Source: a virus
Lineage: Duplodnaviria > Caudoviricetes
Reading direction: 5' to 3' (one strand)
Virus record (IMG/VR): IMGVR_UViG_3300005573_000108
Coordinates: 1-57,198 of that record
DNA: 57,198 nucleotides
The position numbers were made by a program, and so were the translations under genes. Position 1 is the stretch's first letter. Each line of letters starts with the position of its first letter. Under the pieces are notes generated by a model, which did not search any database, had not been told where the DNA came from, and saw only the letters and a list, made by a program, of their open reading frames with translations. Shown here piece by piece: positions 18,601 to 27,015 of this stretch.

Positions 18601-21600
18601 GGTCCGCCAGGGCGTCCGCCCCCCTGTCCGAGATTTCCGTCGCCAACTGGCGCAACGACCCCTCCTCCAGGTTTTTTACCTTCGTCGGATACTTCTCCTT
18701 CCACCTCTCCAGCAAAGCTCTCTCTCCAATCCCGTAAGTCGCCATCTTTCACCTCCACGGTGACAATGGTGGTCCTTCCTTCTAATTTGACCGGTATCAG
18801 CCCGTAAGATATTACTTGTTCTGTTTTTAACGGGCTGGCATACCCTACCGCGCCTTTGATCTCTGAGTCTTCGCGCTGGCCCTCGCGGCGATAGTCATCG
18901 TCAAAGGCTTCATAGTTTGGGGGCTGCATTGCCTCTCCCCGTGTTGAAACCGTATAAGCGTACCAGTAGAGATCGTTCTGGGAGGGTTTTCCTTGGTAAA
19001 TGGCCCGCAAGATTGAGTCCAGCTTTTCCTCTATCCGTTTCATTGCTTCCCGCACTTCGATGTCGATCTGGACAGTGACTGGGACATAATCAGCGGAAAG
19101 TCGGGGCACGCCGTCTTCTCCCCATTCGATCGAAGAAAAGAACCGATCGAACAAACCATCGAAGTATTCACTTTCCTCCTGGCTTGGATAGGCGTCTGGC
19201 TGGTTGAAATGCTCCTTTACAAACCCGGGGGAAACGAAAGCCTTGTCTACTAAGTAAGCATTGTCTGCGTCTAGCTTTCTCGAAACCCACGCCTCAAAGG
19301 CACGGGCGAACATCTCTTCTTTCTTTGACCAGTACTTGCCTTCAACATTCTTGTCCAGTGCGAGCGCATTCTTGAAAAATGCAGTCTTTGACTTATACCT
19401 GCCCGGGTATTGAAGCAAGTTCTTCGCTGCCTCGATTCTATCGGCTTGAGAAGCGTGGCCCCAGAGGCCTCGAAGTATTTGGTCAACGTCTCGCTCAACG
19501 CTGTCTATATCCTCTCGGGCTTTCAACGCCTCCATCAGATCGTCGAAAGGCGAGTAGGAACGATACTTGTAGTTGGTATTGTTTTCCAAAGTAATGGTTC
19601 GAGAACCCATATAATGGAGAGCATGGCCCCATTCATGAGCAAGGCTTCCATCGCCCCTCGTCTTGGTTAGATTGATGACATGGTTGCCCGGCTCATAATG
19701 CGCAGCAGCTTTTCCATGTCCACGGCTACCGAAGGCCAATCCCAATTGAAATGCAGTTCCAGCTCCTAGACCAATGCCACGTTGCGGGGCTCCGATCGCC
19801 TCAGCCAGCATGGCCAAAGAATCGTAGGCTAAGTTGACACTCTGCTGGCGATGGGTGGCTTCCGTCCACTCACCGAATTCGACACCGCGCAACCCGTACG
19901 TTTTTATCAGATCATCGCCAGCCACGTTTTTGCCGTCTCTGTATTTGGCTGGTGTGGTGATCTGCATCAGCGGGGTAGACACTCGCTCAATCGGTTGGGG
20001 GCCTACAATCTCAACCTGTTCCTTCTCGACAAAGCTATCGTAAGAGTCAAAGGATCTGAACAATCTGTAGACCCTTCCTGTTAGGGCCTTGTAAAGTAAC
20101 TTTCCGTAGTCGGTGAGCTCAGCCTCAATTTGCTCTGCATTCCCGGAGAGTAGCGTCTGGAAGCGGCCAGAAGGAGCATGTTTCTCCTTGTCCGACAAGA
20201 GATTTTCTTTCAGGGACTGAAAAGCTTCTTCAACGCTTACAGCCTTGGAGAAGATATCGCTTAAGCGTTCTATCGCTGCTTGGTATTCGGCTGCGCCTTC
20301 CAGGAACCAGTCTTTGTACTTTCTGCCCCCATATTTGGGACTAATTTCCTCACTCTGGAGCTTAGTTGCAATAAGGTCGAGGAAGGGCGCACTCCACCTA
20401 GTTTTGGACATTCGGTATGCTCCGGCCATCCTTGCGGCTATTTCTGTAAACGTGGGAACTGTGGCACTCACAAACTCCGCGTACCTCTTGAGGCCCGGAG
20501 AAGCTACCTCGGCGAATTGAGGCTTGAATGTCTTTCGTTTTCCAACTATAGACAGCACTTCTCCCACCCAGTCCAGCGTGTTTCTGCCTTGGGTTCGTTC
20601 GTCGATCATAAGGCGAATGGCTTCGGCATTCTCTCGCGGATCCTTTGAGGACCTCTTGCCCGCCATTTTCTCACCGGCATCAATCAGCTTTTCGACTTTG
20701 GTCCCTTTTGGTTTTTTTTCTTCCTTTGGTTTGCCCTCTTCCCCAACTCGGATGATGCCCTCACCTTCTTCACCCCCTGGCGCTACGGGCTTGGCTTCTT
20801 CTCTCTTGCGTCCCCCGGGCAGTTCCTCCTTCGCGAATTTTTTGAAATATGGCAGACCCTTCTCGCCCAGCAGATGGACCGCAAGCGAAACGAACTCTTT
20901 CATCGCCATCCCGGCTTCGACAGCTTTGTCATACATCTCCCAGAGCTTGTCGCGTACCTTTTCCCACTTTGCAGGATCCACTTCTTCAAATGAAACGGAA
21001 CCTCTTTCCCCTCCGATGATTTCAGAAATTTCTTTGGCAATGCGCCGCATGTCAGTAAGAGCGTCGCGCACGGCCTTTTTCTTTTCCTTCATTTGTTTTT
21101 TGATCTCTATCTCACGCTTGATCTTCGGCGTTTTCTTTGCTTCTTCCACCTGCCTTTCAAACTCCGCTATCAACTCGTCGGGGGTAGCTCCCAGTCCAGA
21201 AATTTTGGCTTCTTCTGGAAGAGTTTCTTTTCCTTCCGGCTTTGGCTCTTCCGTGGCTTCTGGAGCAGGAGCTTCTGCAAGAGCCTGTTCGACGGTTTGG
21301 CCCGGAGCTACCTTCACTTCTCGGTCATTTTCGTCATCTGATACAACGATAGTACCGTCTTCCTGTTCCTCAACAAGAGACGCATTCAATCCCTTGGCTT
21401 TGATTTCCTCTTGAAGCGCTTTCCACCGTTGGACTGATCTCGTTTCCTTGACATCATCCTCAAAGCCCTGCATTGCGTTGTAGAGGGGATCTTGGTCCCC
21501 GCTTTTTTGAGCCCTGGCGGCGGCATCTTCAAGACTTTCGTCAGGTCTCAAGCGGAACGGCACGCGCTTCCCATCGTCAAGAGTGGCGATGAATACAGGG

Positions 21601-23894
21601 ATGCTGTTGTTAAGCCCAGTCTGTCTGTAGTGGTCTCGTGGAGGCATCAAGCCAAGAAATTCCACCTTGGGCTTTTCTATTTGCTTGGCTACTCGCTCGT
21701 AGCCCGGCACCGACAAGCGCTCTTTTGCCTCTTCCACCAGAGTCGCATGATATTCCATCGGGTTCTTTACTATTTGCTTGGCCTCTTGCTCGCTGAAGGC
21801 TGGTAAGGTAGCGTAGGCCCCGGGTTGTGGAGGTTTCCAGGCTTTGAGCTCTGAGACCGCAGCCGCTCCTTCTGCCACTGGCGCAGGGGCGGCCTCGGGC
21901 TTCGGCACCTGCTGCTCTTCGCTCGGAACAGGCTGGGCAACCGCTGGAGTGACCGGCACTTCGGGTTGAGGAGCGGCAACAGCTTCTTCTGAGGCTCTGA
22001 CCGCTTCTTGAGCCCCCGCTTCTTTCCCTAGACCTTCTGCCTCTTCTCTTGCCAGTCTTTCTTTTAGTAACTTCATGCCTGCTGGATGTTGAGCCAAGGC
22101 TCGATCCAGATAAGCTCTCATCCTTTCTTTTGCGGCTTTCTTGGCTTCCTCGGTTTTGGCCTTTTCGGCTTCTTTTTGGAGTCGTTCTTCTTCTGCCTTG
22201 AAGTGTTCCTCAAAAGCCCTTGCGGATTCCTCCGCACTCTTGGCCACCACCGTGGGTCCCGGCCTGGGAGTTTCTTCCGCAGGTTTTTCTTCGATTCGCC
22301 AGACAGCGTACCCGCCCTTAACCGGCACCACTTCTGCGGCTATGCCCTGAGATTCGAGTTCTTTTTTGCGTCGTAGTGCAAGAAGTTTGTTAGCGAACTG
22401 AGCTCCCGTCTCGGATTCCGCCCCTGCCCGCGTGGGACGTGTGGGTGCTCCAGCAGGAGGAGTTTCTCCCAATGGCGTCCGAGGAGTTTTCTCTTCCCGG
22501 AGGGGCTCAGTTTCACTGATCACCATCCCGCCACTTCGCCTGGACGCTGCGGCTTCCGCAGTCGGACCGAGGTCCAGTCTTCCGGCCCAATGCTCAATGA
22601 TGAGATCGTTGAGCTGATCTACCAAGCCGAGCTTCTGGATGGCGGGATCTCGCCTCAGTTTGAAGACATCGTCAACACTAAACTCCTCTCCTGCGGGAGT
22701 TTTGCCTGTGGCGAGACTCTCTCTTATCTCATCAAAGATCTGTCTCCGATCTTTCAGCAAGCCGCTCAAATTCTCGCCGACTTTTTCCATTGGGGACGGT
22801 TCGAGCGCTGGCACTGTCCTACTCGCCACGGTACCTACCCCGGCTCCCAGGGCACCAAGTGGTAATGCCACGAGGCCGGAATAGAGAGCATCCTTGGTTA
22901 CCTCTGGTAATTTGTTGATGAACTCGCCGATCGCCTTGATCGTAGACTTGTCGGCCTGTCTTGCCCATATCCTGCTGAACTCATCAGGATATTGCTGGAC
23001 GAATTCTTCAAGCCCTTCCGTCCCCATGCCTACCAAGAAGTCCAAGACCTTCTTGTAAATTGGTCGTCCAGGCTTCCAAGCGTTCAGGACCTTCTCGAGC
23101 CCCAATGTTTCAAGAGGTGTTTGTAGGCTGGCATTCATGATGGAAGCTATGAATGCCCTGTCTTTGTCCACTCCTTCATCCACCAAGTCTGCATAGGTGC
23201 CACCGGCGATCTGGGCGAACATCTGAGTCCCGGCAGTCATCTTTGCGCCTTGCGCGAAAATTTTTGCTGCCTCTTCCGCCCCCAACGTTCTCCCAGCTTT
23301 TTCAGCAGCTTTTATCGCCTCACGGCGCAACAAACCGCCTCCAACACCACCGGTCAGCATTGCGACGCCGAACTGAGGGGCAGTCCGAGCCACATCCTCC
23401 CAAAAGCCGGAACTCTGCTCATCGTATTCTGGACTCGGTTCCAACGCGGGCTTGACACGTTCCCATAGACCAGTGTCTTTTAAGATTTTGCCAGTCTCGC
23501 TGACGCCCCGGGCAACGCTGCCGAAGCCGGGTATTGTTTTGAGCACCCTGCCGACAAACGGGTGCTCTTGTTCCACTTCTCTAGCTGCGACGGGGAACTC
23601 AAGTGTTTCTCTCACCACATCTTTGATGCCTTCTGGAATGGCTCCAGCTATTCTGCCAAGGGTGGCTTCAGGCTGCGGCTCGGGTTCGCCCATCAAACGC
23701 CCTAGACGTCCGTGGCGAGGTCCCTCTGTCTCAAATTGCGACAGATATCTATTTCTTATCTGTTCTTGCCTTTCTTTAGGAAGCGTCCAGAATTCCGTAT
23801 CAGTCATGTTTTCATCGAAGAAATTGGAGCGGACTTTACGCTTCTCTTCCCTCGACAAACTCGCGAATTCGGGATCCTGTTCCCACTCCCACAT
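9657..23894 (-). CDS. Giant (4745 aa) polyvalent virion-injected protein: LPD1-like zincin + DarA C-terminal-like domain + DarB-like adenine methyltransferase + SNF2 helicase + second zincin + helical C-terminal ejection-protein region
   Basis: GVEFGEW...LGLAFGSRG...AHYEP...INLTK..GDGSLAHEWGH...EMFARAFE; YYTP, LEPAAGSG, GVELD, GNVPF; LRPHQK, AHEVGTGKT, VDEAH, SGTP, QRNGRGWR; GHEVTHW; last gene of the virion operon. Confidence 0.9.
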   Translation of the reverse strand: MWEWEQDPEFASLSREEKRKVRSNFFDENMTDTEFWTLPKERQEQIRNRYLSQFETEGPRHGRLGRLMGEPEPQPEATLGRIAGAIPEGIKDVVRETLEFPVAAREVEQEHPFVGRVLKTIPGFGSVARGVSETGKILKDTGLWERVKPALEPSPEYDEQSSGFWEDVARTAPQFGVAMLTGGVGGGLLRREAIKAAEKAGRTLGAEEAAKIFAQGAKMTAGTQMFAQIAGGTYADLVDEGVDKDRAFIASIMNASLQTPLETLGLEKVLNAWKPGRPIYKKVLDFLVGMGTEGLEEFVQQYPDEFSRIWARQADKSTIKAIGEFINKLPEVTKDALYSGLVALPLGALGAGVGTVASRTVPALEPSPMEKVGENLSGLLKDRRQIFDEIRESLATGKTPAGEEFSVDDVFKLRRDPAIQKLGLVDQLNDLIIEHWAGRLDLGPTAEAAASRRSGGMVISETEPLREEKTPRTPLGETPPAGAPTRPTRAGAESETGAQFANKLLALRRKKELESQGIAAEVVPVKGGYAVWRIEEKPAEETPRPGPTVVAKSAEESARAFEEHFKAEEERLQKEAEKAKTEEAKKAAKERMRAYLDRALAQHPAGMKLLKERLAREEAEGLGKEAGAQEAVRASEEAVAAPQPEVPVTPAVAQPVPSEEQQVPKPEAAPAPVAEGAAAVSELKAWKPPQPGAYATLPAFSEQEAKQIVKNPMEYHATLVEEAKERLSVPGYERVAKQIEKPKVEFLGLMPPRDHYRQTGLNNSIPVFIATLDDGKRVPFRLRPDESLEDAAARAQKSGDQDPLYNAMQGFEDDVKETRSVQRWKALQEEIKAKGLNASLVEEQEDGTIVVSDDENDREVKVAPGQTVEQALAEAPAPEATEEPKPEGKETLPEEAKISGLGATPDELIAEFERQVEEAKKTPKIKREIEIKKQMKEKKKAVRDALTDMRRIAKEISEIIGGERGSVSFEEVDPAKWEKVRDKLWEMYDKAVEAGMAMKEFVSLAVHLLGEKGLPYFKKFAKEELPGGRKREEAKPVAPGGEEGEGIIRVGEEGKPKEEKKPKGTKVEKLIDAGEKMAGKRSSKDPRENAEAIRLMIDERTQGRNTLDWVGEVLSIVGKRKTFKPQFAEVASPGLKRYAEFVSATVPTFTEIAARMAGAYRMSKTRWSAPFLDLIATKLQSEEISPKYGGRKYKDWFLEGAAEYQAAIERLSDIFSKAVSVEEAFQSLKENLLSDKEKHAPSGRFQTLLSGNAEQIEAELTDYGKLLYKALTGRVYRLFRSFDSYDSFVEKEQVEIVGPQPIERVSTPLMQITTPAKYRDGKNVAGDDLIKTYGLRGVEFGEWTEATHRQQSVNLAYDSLAMLAEAIGAPQRGIGLGAGTAFQLGLAFGSRGHGKAAAHYEPGNHVINLTKTRGDGSLAHEWGHALHYMGSRTITLENNTNYKYRSYSPFDDLMEALKAREDIDSVERDVDQILRGLWGHASQADRIEAAKNLLQYPGRYKSKTAFFKNALALDKNVEGKYWSKKEEMFARAFEAWVSRKLDADNAYLVDKAFVSPGFVKEHFNQPDAYPSQEESEYFDGLFDRFFSSIEWGEDGVPRLSADYVPVTVQIDIEVREAMKRIEEKLDSILRAIYQGKPSQNDLYWYAYTVSTRGEAMQPPNYEAFDDDYRREGQREDSEIKGAVGYASPLKTEQVISYGLIPVKLEGRTTIVTVEVKDGDLRDWRESFAGEVEGEVSDEGKKPGGGVVAPVGDGNLGQGGGRPGGPDIAPGGESTVRGGTGHAPIGPNVRGSLDAEGEKALKDVQKAQRKDYTIKQGDIDQGRSLAKRFQDNLAAIRILRKLEAENRLATEEEQAILVKFSGWGGLGPALAHYPTEQWRNRSEVLRNILTPDELSSARESSLTAYYTPPEVISQMWDMVQRLGFRGGRVLEPAAGSGHIIGMMPEPMRDLSSVVGVELDPVTAKIAAQLYQTRTILNSPFEEAAMPLEYYDLVVGNVPFHEIGPYDPLHNPGGKLNLHNYFINKSLDLLKPGGLLVTLTSTYTMDTQDTSAREMFSRKADLVAAIRLPNGIFADAEAGADLLIFRKKGTDLPELPATPDWIQTRTERLPYVYESGTLHTEITGKAEARINNYFFEKSTHVLGKIGFNPGQNRTITIGSLDNIGEQLERIAETLPAGIFMKDREMDFDPLAGIVKEGEIRDGAYFIRDGKVYVNESGAPVLYKDAGGRTGKEAEARVKGMVQIRDQVHKLLRLQGERQPEVTISAERAQLRKLYDAFVKKYGPLNNVKNVRLFAKDPDAYLLLGLEEYDEVTGKVESLAAIFTENTLAPSPPTTAKDADEALLISLGWRGRVDLAYMSQLAGMDQNRLVQALGDKIFDDPQRGWITKEEYLSGDVAAKLQVAEAAAKLDPAFERNVKALQAVLPDPLPPEEIRWQLGASYLSPETIVAFIEDLIPGAQNVRVTRCEALGSWSIDFTSGYTRRNANYYRDMARNSYESTHVWGVVGESGGRLDFFDLLDAILNGKTPVVREPSTGAGTRPAIDRAATELAIQRMQRIREEFRAWLLKSKNTQIARGEAERYNKRFRTFVAAQWNGEHLAFPGKVPNELISLRPHQKAAVYRYLRSGRLYLAHEVGTGKTYTMIAAIMESKRLRLHKRAVMVVEKKTVPDIRAAFSRLYPGARVLYLEVPGDKAKRKQALGRLATDQYDAVVLTRESFAKIPLSPEMRAEFVRNEAEKLESYLTQAKNSGVRGGKQLRLVEKALLRLRAQLQRYLDMERDDVPTFDKLGIDMLVVDEAHAYKNLAFFTNLKNVKGINPTGSHRSMDLFAKTQYLLGRYGRGVLFASGTPLTNSVGELYTISRYLQYPELENRGLTAFDAWANTFGTIARETEPAIEGGGYREATRFQRFINLPELMDLTRQVLDIVKFDDVVALGKKLKRPEIKGGKPIAVTVPPNPAVKAYQEILKQRAMAVRLNPLEAKYNDKPDNILVIATHARLMAMDPRLLFPDEHDYKDTKTNYAVKKILEIYKEKRPAIDWSTGEDYEEAKHVQLVFSDRGTPKGSGFSVYHDLRDKLIAGGIPAEQIAIVHEYTKEDEVKRLHRRINNGQVRVVIGSTPLLGIGLNIQQRVSAIHHLDVDWNYSNYAQRNGRGWRWGNRIKEIEIYNYGTEGTIDAFMWDKIAMKERVLSQVLSTGAVPREVEDISQEAIQAEEMVALLANDPLAKEKIDLEARVRQLDNEYQWFLRKRAQAKRRLDHEIDADIETAKRKIEFGGESLDILDKIKAVRIPDKFLGHDVAAGTKSKLRDFYSIEKHGPEINKIVRDLVKLFKAGTKLEHKFGEVGQIVTEKVSYLEEEPYVETVEGKEIKKTRQVEKQKEVQKFVPLEGQTASLYLKIDPSDKTYEVILKTNANSGFVAQITDTFSLASNINYYRESVQKRIAEAQEAIQSLERERSALQQEMAKTFDLDELSQAKARLQQVTEELVRRQAEAERQWRSERGNTVEVRDGRLIYDIDVSEFIVKPTEEELAASRADMDPSDTVIEILNEEERGKGEAEPMAEETSGPRPVAEMLSLDEAKQFFKGQKVFRTSAGSIVVQTKNGDYVEIRTVEKISSSNVSFEIAYGKKFDKTTTIISGTYKAGTIRLSKQAKSHPIIVLGHEVTHWLEDIGLLNDLEVAALRNEIRKLHREGKYKTLNPKAIGGSEDRANYIAQKLFERRFPEGIIGRILTKISDWADRLLTALTRQPTARSVVRKIESGEIFERKVTTQKFLRAGGFQLMTEEQTKLTERLAALRTNPFDAVRKPIEPKEESQPPDHLKVATARIQADAEAFLVTMARTLKSYLPSNLPTGSFLEQLLRTAEWWDHEVLRGVFRAAHARTDRVVEIFREIDEGTVALGTETNSVTEATNQLKTKGLTRKEILMGKTSKEYKQLMDMLEYGDTQFNKGTMTPEEAMDAQEEYWRKKGVSDQVIAVWKAHRAAYDRALELQMAPFNELLDMLKEKEAHRIAMELAPENLKAVLKKAKRGKAIEVAMSQFPPKLKQKLQARLEAVDIKEFVTGQGRSLTLKQVLAEMGKLKGTYAPRIRAGGWVVKGTKGKNEIRYHETNRFAAERTRLRLQREGWEVDAVQEVRRLPEEVYEHIKVMDTQALIDRAAAGLEKKDPDLFLAFRKDLLEEVAREIMARGYRSHRIRRRPGPVVKGYIEDPLERYVRYTSNISAGIAKSEAAYQMIVTLNGSWDENGKRIGGIDPAKEPRAYQMAQRYIAEQLRNSDGVDRFIGMAKAIATLKYLGLPNVRAPFVNLTAMATTVPASIHEYVGGGKVPFTRVVKEVAVALRDYGRWMTKKKRTGLTNDEMALLDAIQRRQWDNPQYIQDASGAIQGALGRRFRMAVDGALFLFSKTEQLNRGATMLAAYRVARRLGADHASAAYKARECMEKAHGIYGRATLPAIAQGTNPLARVSQAYYVYMKFGHNYSQMLYDLGLKKKNYRAFAWALSSQAVIGGAMSTPFAVIGWTILKAILAPFTDRDPEKWWWDQVRDNLGPYGEQTVRYGLVGAAGADISGSLAFDPAVPKNLRELTGALGGVAGDIADAYHYWMTGQPVRVAETVLPVGVANIFRAIRELNGAVTKTGNRVWDENGYPYLPGTGATVLRLLGFRSAERAMLQERQWEAKRQASAFSERRNDLYEEYRAYLSGQDVALDELWDAIARYNEEVVQGGYTNYVPVITKQSLRRQLLDMARPTKRELAIAQE

Positions 23895-23909
23895 TTTCGT
23901 TTCCTTTCC

Positions 23910-24650
23910 TTACTTTGCGAACTGTCTCCAATCCATCACCCCACCGCCGCCGCCGGACCCTTCTTCGCCCCCCATGTCAGCCATGTATTTGCTCCTCCAT
24001 TTGTTGAATACAGCTTCCTGCTGGTCCGGGGTCAGCTTCATCCACTGCTTCCTGAATGTTGGGTCCGATCTTTGCATCTCTTGGATTCTGGTCTCGGCGG
24101 CTTTGCTTGCCTCCAGGTTAAGTCTCTGCCGGAGGAGTTCTAACTGCTGCTCTTTGCTTTGCTGCTCGGCTTCATATCTTTGCCCTAAGATCGTGTGCTG
24201 CCGACCGAGTTCTTCCAGTTTCGCCCTTTCTATGCCTCTTTCGCCGTACAGCATCTCGTTGCGCCGTTCTTCGATGTCGCGCAATCGGTCCAGGATATCT
24301 TCATGCCTAGACTTTATCCCAAGCTCCTGACTAGCTAGGCCGATCTTCTGTCGCTCTATGCCGCCTTCTCCATACTTCGCTTCAAGCTCCTTCGCGGTAA
24401 GAGACTCCGGTCCGTACTGCAACTGGGCTCGTGCCATGGCACCAGTTTCCTGCTCCCTGAGCCGTTGCAAGGCAGCTTCGTCGGCCATCTGCTGGCGAAG
24501 CCTCTCTTCCTCTCCTTTCTTGCCTATCTGTTCAAGCTGGTATCCCTGTAACTCCTGCCGTCTCGCTTCCCTGGCTTTAGGAGTCGTCTGTGCTATCACG
24601 GATTGTCTCACTTCGTTGTATCTATCGGGGTAAAAGGTAGGCATTAGCAA
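23910..24650 (-). CDS. Putative internal virion (ejection) protein, coiled-coil
   Basis: Q/E/R-rich helical protein immediately upstream of the giant protein. Confidence 0.6.
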   Translation of the reverse strand: MLMPTFYPDRYNEVRQSVIAQTTPKAREARRQELQGYQLEQIGKKGEEERLRQQMADEAALQRLREQETGAMARAQLQYGPESLTAKELEAKYGEGGIERQKIGLASQELGIKSRHEDILDRLRDIEERRNEMLYGERGIERAKLEELGRQHTILGQRYEAEQQSKEQQLELLRQRLNLEASKAAETRIQEMQRSDPTFRKQWMKLTPDQQEAVFNKWRSKYMADMGGEEGSGGGGGVMDWRQFAK

Positions 24651-24662
24651 ACCCTCCTTTCT

Positions 24663-25568
24663 TTACATCTGAAATTCATAATTGTAGTTGTGAGATTCAG
24701 ACCTTCTTTCCTCTTCGGACTCGCTAAAGCTGTACCTGTAGCCACCTTCGTATTGCAAATGCGCCCCCACGCTGGTGCCCGCAAGAGCGCTGGCAGTGAG
24801 TTGCGCTGCAACGCTCGCTCCTGCCTTGATGGTCTCCAGGCGTAGTGCATTGGCTTCCAAAGCGATCTTCATGTTCACGTCTGCGTTTTTGATCAAAACA
24901 TCGACCTTAGCTTTGAACTTCTCAATTTCTGCCTTGAAAAGTTCGACGGCCATGAGCACCTGGGCCTTGGCAGCCTCTAGGGTGCGATCAGCATACTTAT
25001 TGAAATAATCGAAATAATTCTTCAAAACTTCCGAAGCTGTAGCTTTGGCCAGCTCACTATTTTTCTGTGCAAGCTCGGCCTGCTTGATCATGATCTCGTA
25101 GTTGAGTTGGGCATCGGCGCGAGTCTGCTCAGTCAATGCTTCTGCCAAGCGACCACCCAATGCCCCAGGCGGGATGGTCCATCCTCTGGCTGCGTAGAAT
25201 TGCAGTGCCTCGTTGTAGGTACGCTCGTTGGCCAGTTCCTGCCGAGCACGAGCCCGTTCCCAAATGGCGTTCTCTACGTCCTCATCAAGCCCCGTCCCGC
25301 CATTTTGGATAAGATCAGTCAGGGCCGCAGCTAAGGTATCATAGAGATCGGACTGGAAGGGCGGCTCCGAATAGTTGAAGTTGTTAGGCGGTGCGGCTGG
25401 CATTGTCCCGACATCAACCTCGGTGAAGTCGGGATCATATAAGGTGGGGTCTTGAAGATTAGTAAGGAAGGTCGAAACGAGCCCCCACGCCTGGTTGGCA
25501 TAGTCAGTTGCCATGTCCAGGCGATTTTCTACCAAATCGAAGGTCTCTTGCTGGTACTGTATCGTCAT
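24663..25568 (-). CDS. Putative internal virion/structural protein
   Basis: Ala-rich helical protein with 'ENAIWERARAR...AARGWTIPPGAL' motif typical of this position in podophages. Confidence 0.65.
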   Translation of the reverse strand: MTIQYQQETFDLVENRLDMATDYANQAWGLVSTFLTNLQDPTLYDPDFTEVDVGTMPAAPPNNFNYSEPPFQSDLYDTLAAALTDLIQNGGTGLDEDVENAIWERARARQELANERTYNEALQFYAARGWTIPPGALGGRLAEALTEQTRADAQLNYEIMIKQAELAQKNSELAKATASEVLKNYFDYFNKYADRTLEAAKAQVLMAVELFKAEIEKFKAKVDVLIKNADVNMKIALEANALRLETIKAGASVAAQLTASALAGTSVGAHLQYEGGYRYSFSESEEERRSESHNYNYEFQM

Positions 25569-25623
25569 TTAGGCCTCCTCTCTTCCCCACCCGCCTACTC
25601 ACTACTCATTCAAAACTGTAAAC

Positions 25624-27012
25624 CTACTCACAATTAGGGTCAACATTGGCTATCGAATAATCGATCGTTATTTTGTACTGGCTCGAATCCCATTTGTCCT
25701 CTCTGCAACCATAGCGCTTCAGCAGAGGCCAAAGTTCGGGGTCCGAAGGCTTGAACCTGAAATCCACCTCGCTCATGCGCAATGGGAGTGTCGGCGTGCT
25801 TATGTTGTTGCTGTGTGGTACAGAGACTGGAATCATATAGTCCGGTGGATCGCCACAGCCTGTTTGGGCTCCAGTAGGCCAGACGGTGCTACCCCAACTG
25901 ACATCCCCGTATAGCTCCCCATGATAATATCGATTGTTGACCGTTCCATCGCTCTTCATCGAATAGGAAACGTATGCGTATGCATAGTAATCATCTTGTA
26001 ATGGGCCTATAGTGGGTATGGTCTGACCACCATACTCAGGACATGAGGTGGGGATGGTGGCATACCAAAGGGCACCATCGTTTATGTAGTGGTATTTGGA
26101 ACTTCCACCTTCGTTGATCGCAGGCAATAGCTTACCTGTCGCGTCCTCCCAAAGATCTGGCAGCCATGCAAAACCCACCGATAGGTTGTGCCACCAATCG
26201 GAGGATGTTCCTTCGGCAGTAGGCCACGCAGCAGTTCTCACCGTCACGGTGATTGGACCGTTAGCGCCTTCCTGGTAGGTAAAAGTTGTACCCTCAGCAC
26301 CAGCAAAATAGAGAGGAAACTCCAACTCCGGGAATTTTCGTCCGAATGTTAAGGGGTACAAAGTGTAGACATCGCCATTATATTCGACTTCGAGTCGTTC
26401 TTTATGTGTTTTGAGGTCAATAGGAGCCCAAGGGAGGTAGCCTTGATCCCAATAGCCAGCCGAGCCCTTGGTCAAAATCTTCCAGGTCCTCGGAATACCG
26501 GTAATCTTGAGCCATGTTTTGGCTGTCCACACGAAATCCGTTATCTCTATATCATTGATATAAAACGCTTTGGTATCAGTATATTCAGGAGGTATGTGTG
26601 TAATCGTCAGCTTCCTCGCTTGTTCGGAATCCAATCGCCGATCGCCAGGCAAGGAAAGGATCTCTCCACTTACTTCATGCAATGCGGGCGGGTTGGTCGG
26701 AGGAGGCGGGGGAGGTAACTGTAGAAGTTTTATCTCTCTTTGGATGGGGACCGGCAACCCCTTTTTCTTCTCTTCTTCTTCTTCTGGGATTTCTTGTTCA
26801 ACCAGAGGGGGAACGTAGATTTGTACTTCGTCGTCCCCAAAATGTGATCGAATGGTTATCTTGGAACCATCTGCGAGATAAACCCGTCTGATGTCCTGTT
26901 TGAGGTCCCTGAACTGCATGAGTTCATGGAGGATATCCTGCTGCTGAAGTGCGAATCTCCGAAGAAGCTTCCCGGCGGCAGTGTCTCCTTGGTATGTGAT
27001 TCTGGTTGCCAT
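25624..27012 (-). CDS. Putative tail or receptor-binding protein
   Basis: Short N-terminal anchor domain, poly-E/K and poly-P linker, aromatic/Gly/Thr-rich beta C-terminus; lies in the tail module. Confidence 0.55.
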   Translation of the reverse strand: MATRITYQGDTAAGKLLRRFALQQQDILHELMQFRDLKQDIRRVYLADGSKITIRSHFGDDEVQIYVPPLVEQEIPEEEEEKKKGLPVPIQREIKLLQLPPPPPPTNPPALHEVSGEILSLPGDRRLDSEQARKLTITHIPPEYTDTKAFYINDIEITDFVWTAKTWLKITGIPRTWKILTKGSAGYWDQGYLPWAPIDLKTHKERLEVEYNGDVYTLYPLTFGRKFPELEFPLYFAGAEGTTFTYQEGANGPITVTVRTAAWPTAEGTSSDWWHNLSVGFAWLPDLWEDATGKLLPAINEGGSSKYHYINDGALWYATIPTSCPEYGGQTIPTIGPLQDDYYAYAYVSYSMKSDGTVNNRYYHGELYGDVSWGSTVWPTGAQTGCGDPPDYMIPVSVPHSNNISTPTLPLRMSEVDFRFKPSDPELWPLLKRYGCREDKWDSSQYKITIDYSIANVDPNCE

Positions 27013-27015
27013 ATT

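Noticed and set aside
10131-24633. Numerous + strand ORFs opposite the giant gene (e.g. 20524-21414, 23452-24330)
   Set aside because: Antisense shadows of a long coding frame; Ser/Phe-rich, with no RBS or motifs.
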